Of a DNA stretch of 38,660 nucleotides, positions 36,600 to 38,660 are shown in pieces. The translations under genes were made by a program, and so were the position numbers. Below the pieces are notes generated by a model. It was not told the DNA's origin and made no database searches. It saw only the letters and a program-made list of their open reading frames with translations. The DNA lies in the UHGV virus genome UHGV-0366580; one strand, 5' to 3'. Position 1 is the stretch's first letter. Each line of letters opens with the position of its first letter. Source of the stretch: a virus.

Positions 36600-37149
36600 G
36601 GGAGAACAGGCAGGGCATATCAGCATCCTGAAACAGGAAGCATTTTTTGGTTTGTATGTCTTGCCATTTTGAGATCGAGAACGGCGATAGATGAGCTGTA
36701 AGGGAGTCTTACAGGCAGGGTAAACAGGCTCTTTATCCATGATAAAGATCTCCTTTTTATGCATCTCTGCTTTACAGGAGACCGGGGAATATCATAGGAT
36801 ACGCCACGAGCTCGAAGTAAAGCATTGATGCAAAATTGTCTAAATCGGCCCAGAATAGTTCGCGCTATCTGGGTCGCCCTTTATGTATGTAGTATCCCAT
36901 TGATTTGAAACATACTACATATACGCACAATCCTACCTTCACTGTATAAAAAGTCAATAAAATGATCATTTTATGATCGTTTTCACCACCTAACTCTTCG
37001 TTTTCTTTAAGTAAGTAATCACCGCCCTGAATCATTGTTGATGACTTTTCAATCTATTTGTTGTATCAATTAAACAAACCGAATCGATCGTTTTTGTCGA
37101 TCGATTGCATGAGAAAGGCATCAACAACAAAGCAGGAGGTTATGCGGCC
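36600..37149 (+). promoter_or_regulatory. AT-rich non-coding region upstream of com with GATC clusters and inverted repeats (candidate mom-type late promoter)
   Basis: GATC at ~36673, 36748, 36964, 36976, 37086, 37098; AATCGATCG-N7-CGATCGATT inverted repeat at 37082-37106. Confidence 0.45.
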
Positions 37150-37335
37150 ATGTATCGAAACATACGGTGCCGACACTGCAATAAGCTACTGGCACGGGCC
37201 AGTTTCAGTTATCTGGAAGTAAAATGTCCGCGCTGCAAAACCCTCAATCAAATCACATCTCAGAGCGCCACAGAGCACCCCACATACACAAGGAAATCCT
37301 GCCGTGGGGAACAAGAAACATTACTTTCAGTCTGA
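37150..37335 (+). CDS. com: Com-like zinc-finger translational activator
   Basis: ATG 37150 with AGGAGG RBS (TTG at 37105 is the upstream alternative); RCRHCNKLL...KCPRCK motif; 3' end overlaps the next gene by 32 nt. Confidence 0.75.
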   Translation: MYRNIRCRHCNKLLARASFSYLEVKCPRCKTLNQITSQSATEHPTYTRKSCRGEQETLLSV

Positions 37336-38356
37336 TAAGTCACTAACCTATGGTTCAGTATGCAGTGGTATTGAAGCTGCGACAGTAGCCTGGAGCAATC
37401 TTGGCTGGAAAGCCAGATGGTTCAGTGAAATAGAGGACTTCCCGTCAACACTTCTTTCATATCGCTGGCCCCATATACCAAATCTTGGTGATATGGCTTT
37501 GCTTGCGCCTCGTATCAGGGATGGGCTTATTGAAGCACCAGATATTCTTGTAGGTGGAACTCCGTGTCAGGCATTCAGTATGTCAGGCAAACGAAAAGGC
37601 CTTTCAGATCCACGGGGGCAGTTAACACTGTCTTTTGTTGAACTGGCGAATCAGATAGATACCGTTCGGGCATCGCTCAATAAATCCCCCTCAATAATCG
37701 TATGGGAAAACGTCACAGGAGTTTTAAGTAGCCATGACAATGCATTCGGTCATTTTCTTGGTGCGCTGGCCGGAGCAGGTTGCGCATTACAGCCAGCAAG
37801 GAAAAGATGGGCAAACGCTGGTGTTGTGTCTGGACCATCGCGTATCGTCGCCTGGCGAGTACTTGATGCCCAATATTTCGGAGTCGCCCAGGCTCGCAGA
37901 AGAGTGTTTGTTGTGGCAAGTGCTGGAAAAAGGCTCGATCCCGGAAAGGTATTATTTGAGTTCCCGCCTGTGTCGCAGGGCGATAAAAACTATTACGGAA
38001 AGAAGAAAAAATCCGAATCCCTTCTTGATCAAGGCATTGAAGGAAAATTGCACCGATATTGCCTTGAAGCATTGCCAAAACGAACAGGCACAGTAATAGC
38101 TGGCTATAACGGAACAACTAACCAGGACATGACTATGTCTGGTGGGCTCATAGTTGAAAGAGCGCCATATTCAAGGGTTCGTAGGTTGACGCCAACCGAA
38201 TGCGAGAGGCTACAAGGTTTTCCCGATGGATATACAGATATTCCATGGAAAAATTCATCTCCAGCTCATCGTTATAAGGCCATTGGAAATTCAATGCCTG
38301 TACCGGTCATGAAATGGATTGGTCGAAGAATACAGGAAGCGTTAAACGAAGTTTAA
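37304..38356 (+). CDS. C5-cytosine DNA methyltransferase (Dcm-like), in the position Mu uses for mom
   Basis: 350 aa; motifs GGTPCQAFSMSG (PCQ), ENV (IVWENVTG), QARRR, ERLQGFPDGYT, AIGNSMPVPV; GTG start inside the com 3' end. Confidence 0.85.
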   Translation: MGNKKHYFQSDKSLTYGSVCSGIEAATVAWSNLGWKARWFSEIEDFPSTLLSYRWPHIPNLGDMALLAPRIRDGLIEAPDILVGGTPCQAFSMSGKRKGLSDPRGQLTLSFVELANQIDTVRASLNKSPSIIVWENVTGVLSSHDNAFGHFLGALAGAGCALQPARKRWANAGVVSGPSRIVAWRVLDAQYFGVAQARRRVFVVASAGKRLDPGKVLFEFPPVSQGDKNYYGKKKKSESLLDQGIEGKLHRYCLEALPKRTGTVIAGYNGTTNQDMTMSGGLIVERAPYSRVRRLTPTECERLQGFPDGYTDIPWKNSSPAHRYKAIGNSMPVPVMKWIGRRIQEALNEV

Positions 38357-38590
38357 ACCTAAGCAAAAGACATTATGAAGTTGGTTTTTGTGCCGTTAAA
38401 AGATGTCTTTAAGGAGTGCAAAGGAAAGCGCCAATTTAGTATCAAAAAAGATGCTTATCGGCGCTTTTCATCGGTATCAAATGAAATGCAAATCGGTATC
38501 AAAAAAATCGCCGCGCTATACGGTGTACACATTACTTGAACGGTCTGCCCGCCAGTGGGCGCAGGCATTGAACGCAGAGCAGGTATAAGA

Positions 38591-38660
38591 ATGACAGAAA
38601 AAGTAAAACAACATGCCGCTCCGGTAACGGGCAGTGATGAAATCGATATTGGTCGCCTGG
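38591..38660 (+). CDS. 5' end of a probable flanking gene, truncated by the window
   Basis: ATG at 38591 opens MTEKVKQHAAPVTGSDEIDIGRL, running off the window end; identity unknown. Confidence 0.25.
   Translation, partial: MTEKVKQHAAPVTGSDEIDIGRL

Larger units (their letters stand above)
1..38520. mobile_element. Mu-like transposable prophage; left end (c repressor, attL) outside window, right end estimated only
   Basis: Colinear Mu gene order: ner, DDE transposase A, ATPase B, gam, gemA, Mor/C, lysis, terminase, portal, F, G, I, T, sheath, tube, tape measure, N, P, baseplate, tail fibre, invertible segment, gin, com. Right boundary not verified. Confidence 0.85.

Noticed and set aside
36157-36764. 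Minus-strand ORFs 36157-36618 and 36570-36764
   Set aside because: Overlap two + strand ORFs that have strong RBSs and a terminator; the minus translations are low-complexity.
38515-38545. Resemblance of TGTACACATTACTTGAA to the Mu left-end terminus (TGTATTGATTCACTTGAA), suggesting a second Mu end
   Set aside because: Lacks the CGAAA element of transposase-binding sites and has no further similarity; treated as coincidence, though it falls near where the right end is expected.
38403-38588. 61-aa ORF in the ORF track
   Set aside because: Spans the presumed prophage-host junction, with no RBS and lysine-rich low-complexity sequence.
1-38660. Scan for CRISPR arrays and rRNA genes
   Set aside because: No regularly spaced 25-40-bp direct repeats and no rRNA-like conserved stretches seen; the only repeats are those reported separately.

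Overview
The window is almost entirely one Mu-like transposable prophage, read left to right on the + strand; all calls rest on reading the six-frame translations and the nucleotide sequence, with no database search run. It starts in the c-ner operator region (the c repressor and attL lie left of the window) and runs through ner, DDE transposase A, transposase B, a semi-essential region of small unknown genes with gam and gemA, one Mor/C-family activator, and a lysis cassette (SAR endolysin, overlapping spanins). The complete head and contractile-tail morphogenesis operon follows, then a Gin-type invertible tail-fibre segment with recognisable gix sites and gin. The most notable features are at the right end: a cargo insertion between gin and com (a sialate-O-acetylesterase-like protein plus two small ORFs), and a com-like gene coupled to a C5-cytosine DNA methyltransferase where Mu carries mom, preceded by a GATC-dense repeat region. 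Other points of interest are a tRNA-like remnant between the F-like and G-like genes, a repeat-rich G-I intergenic region at the genome centre, a tandem paralogue pair, and a 47-aa zinc-ribbon ORF missing from the ORF track. No rRNA genes or CRISPR arrays were seen. The right prophage end could not be placed exactly (estimated near 38.45-38.55 kb).
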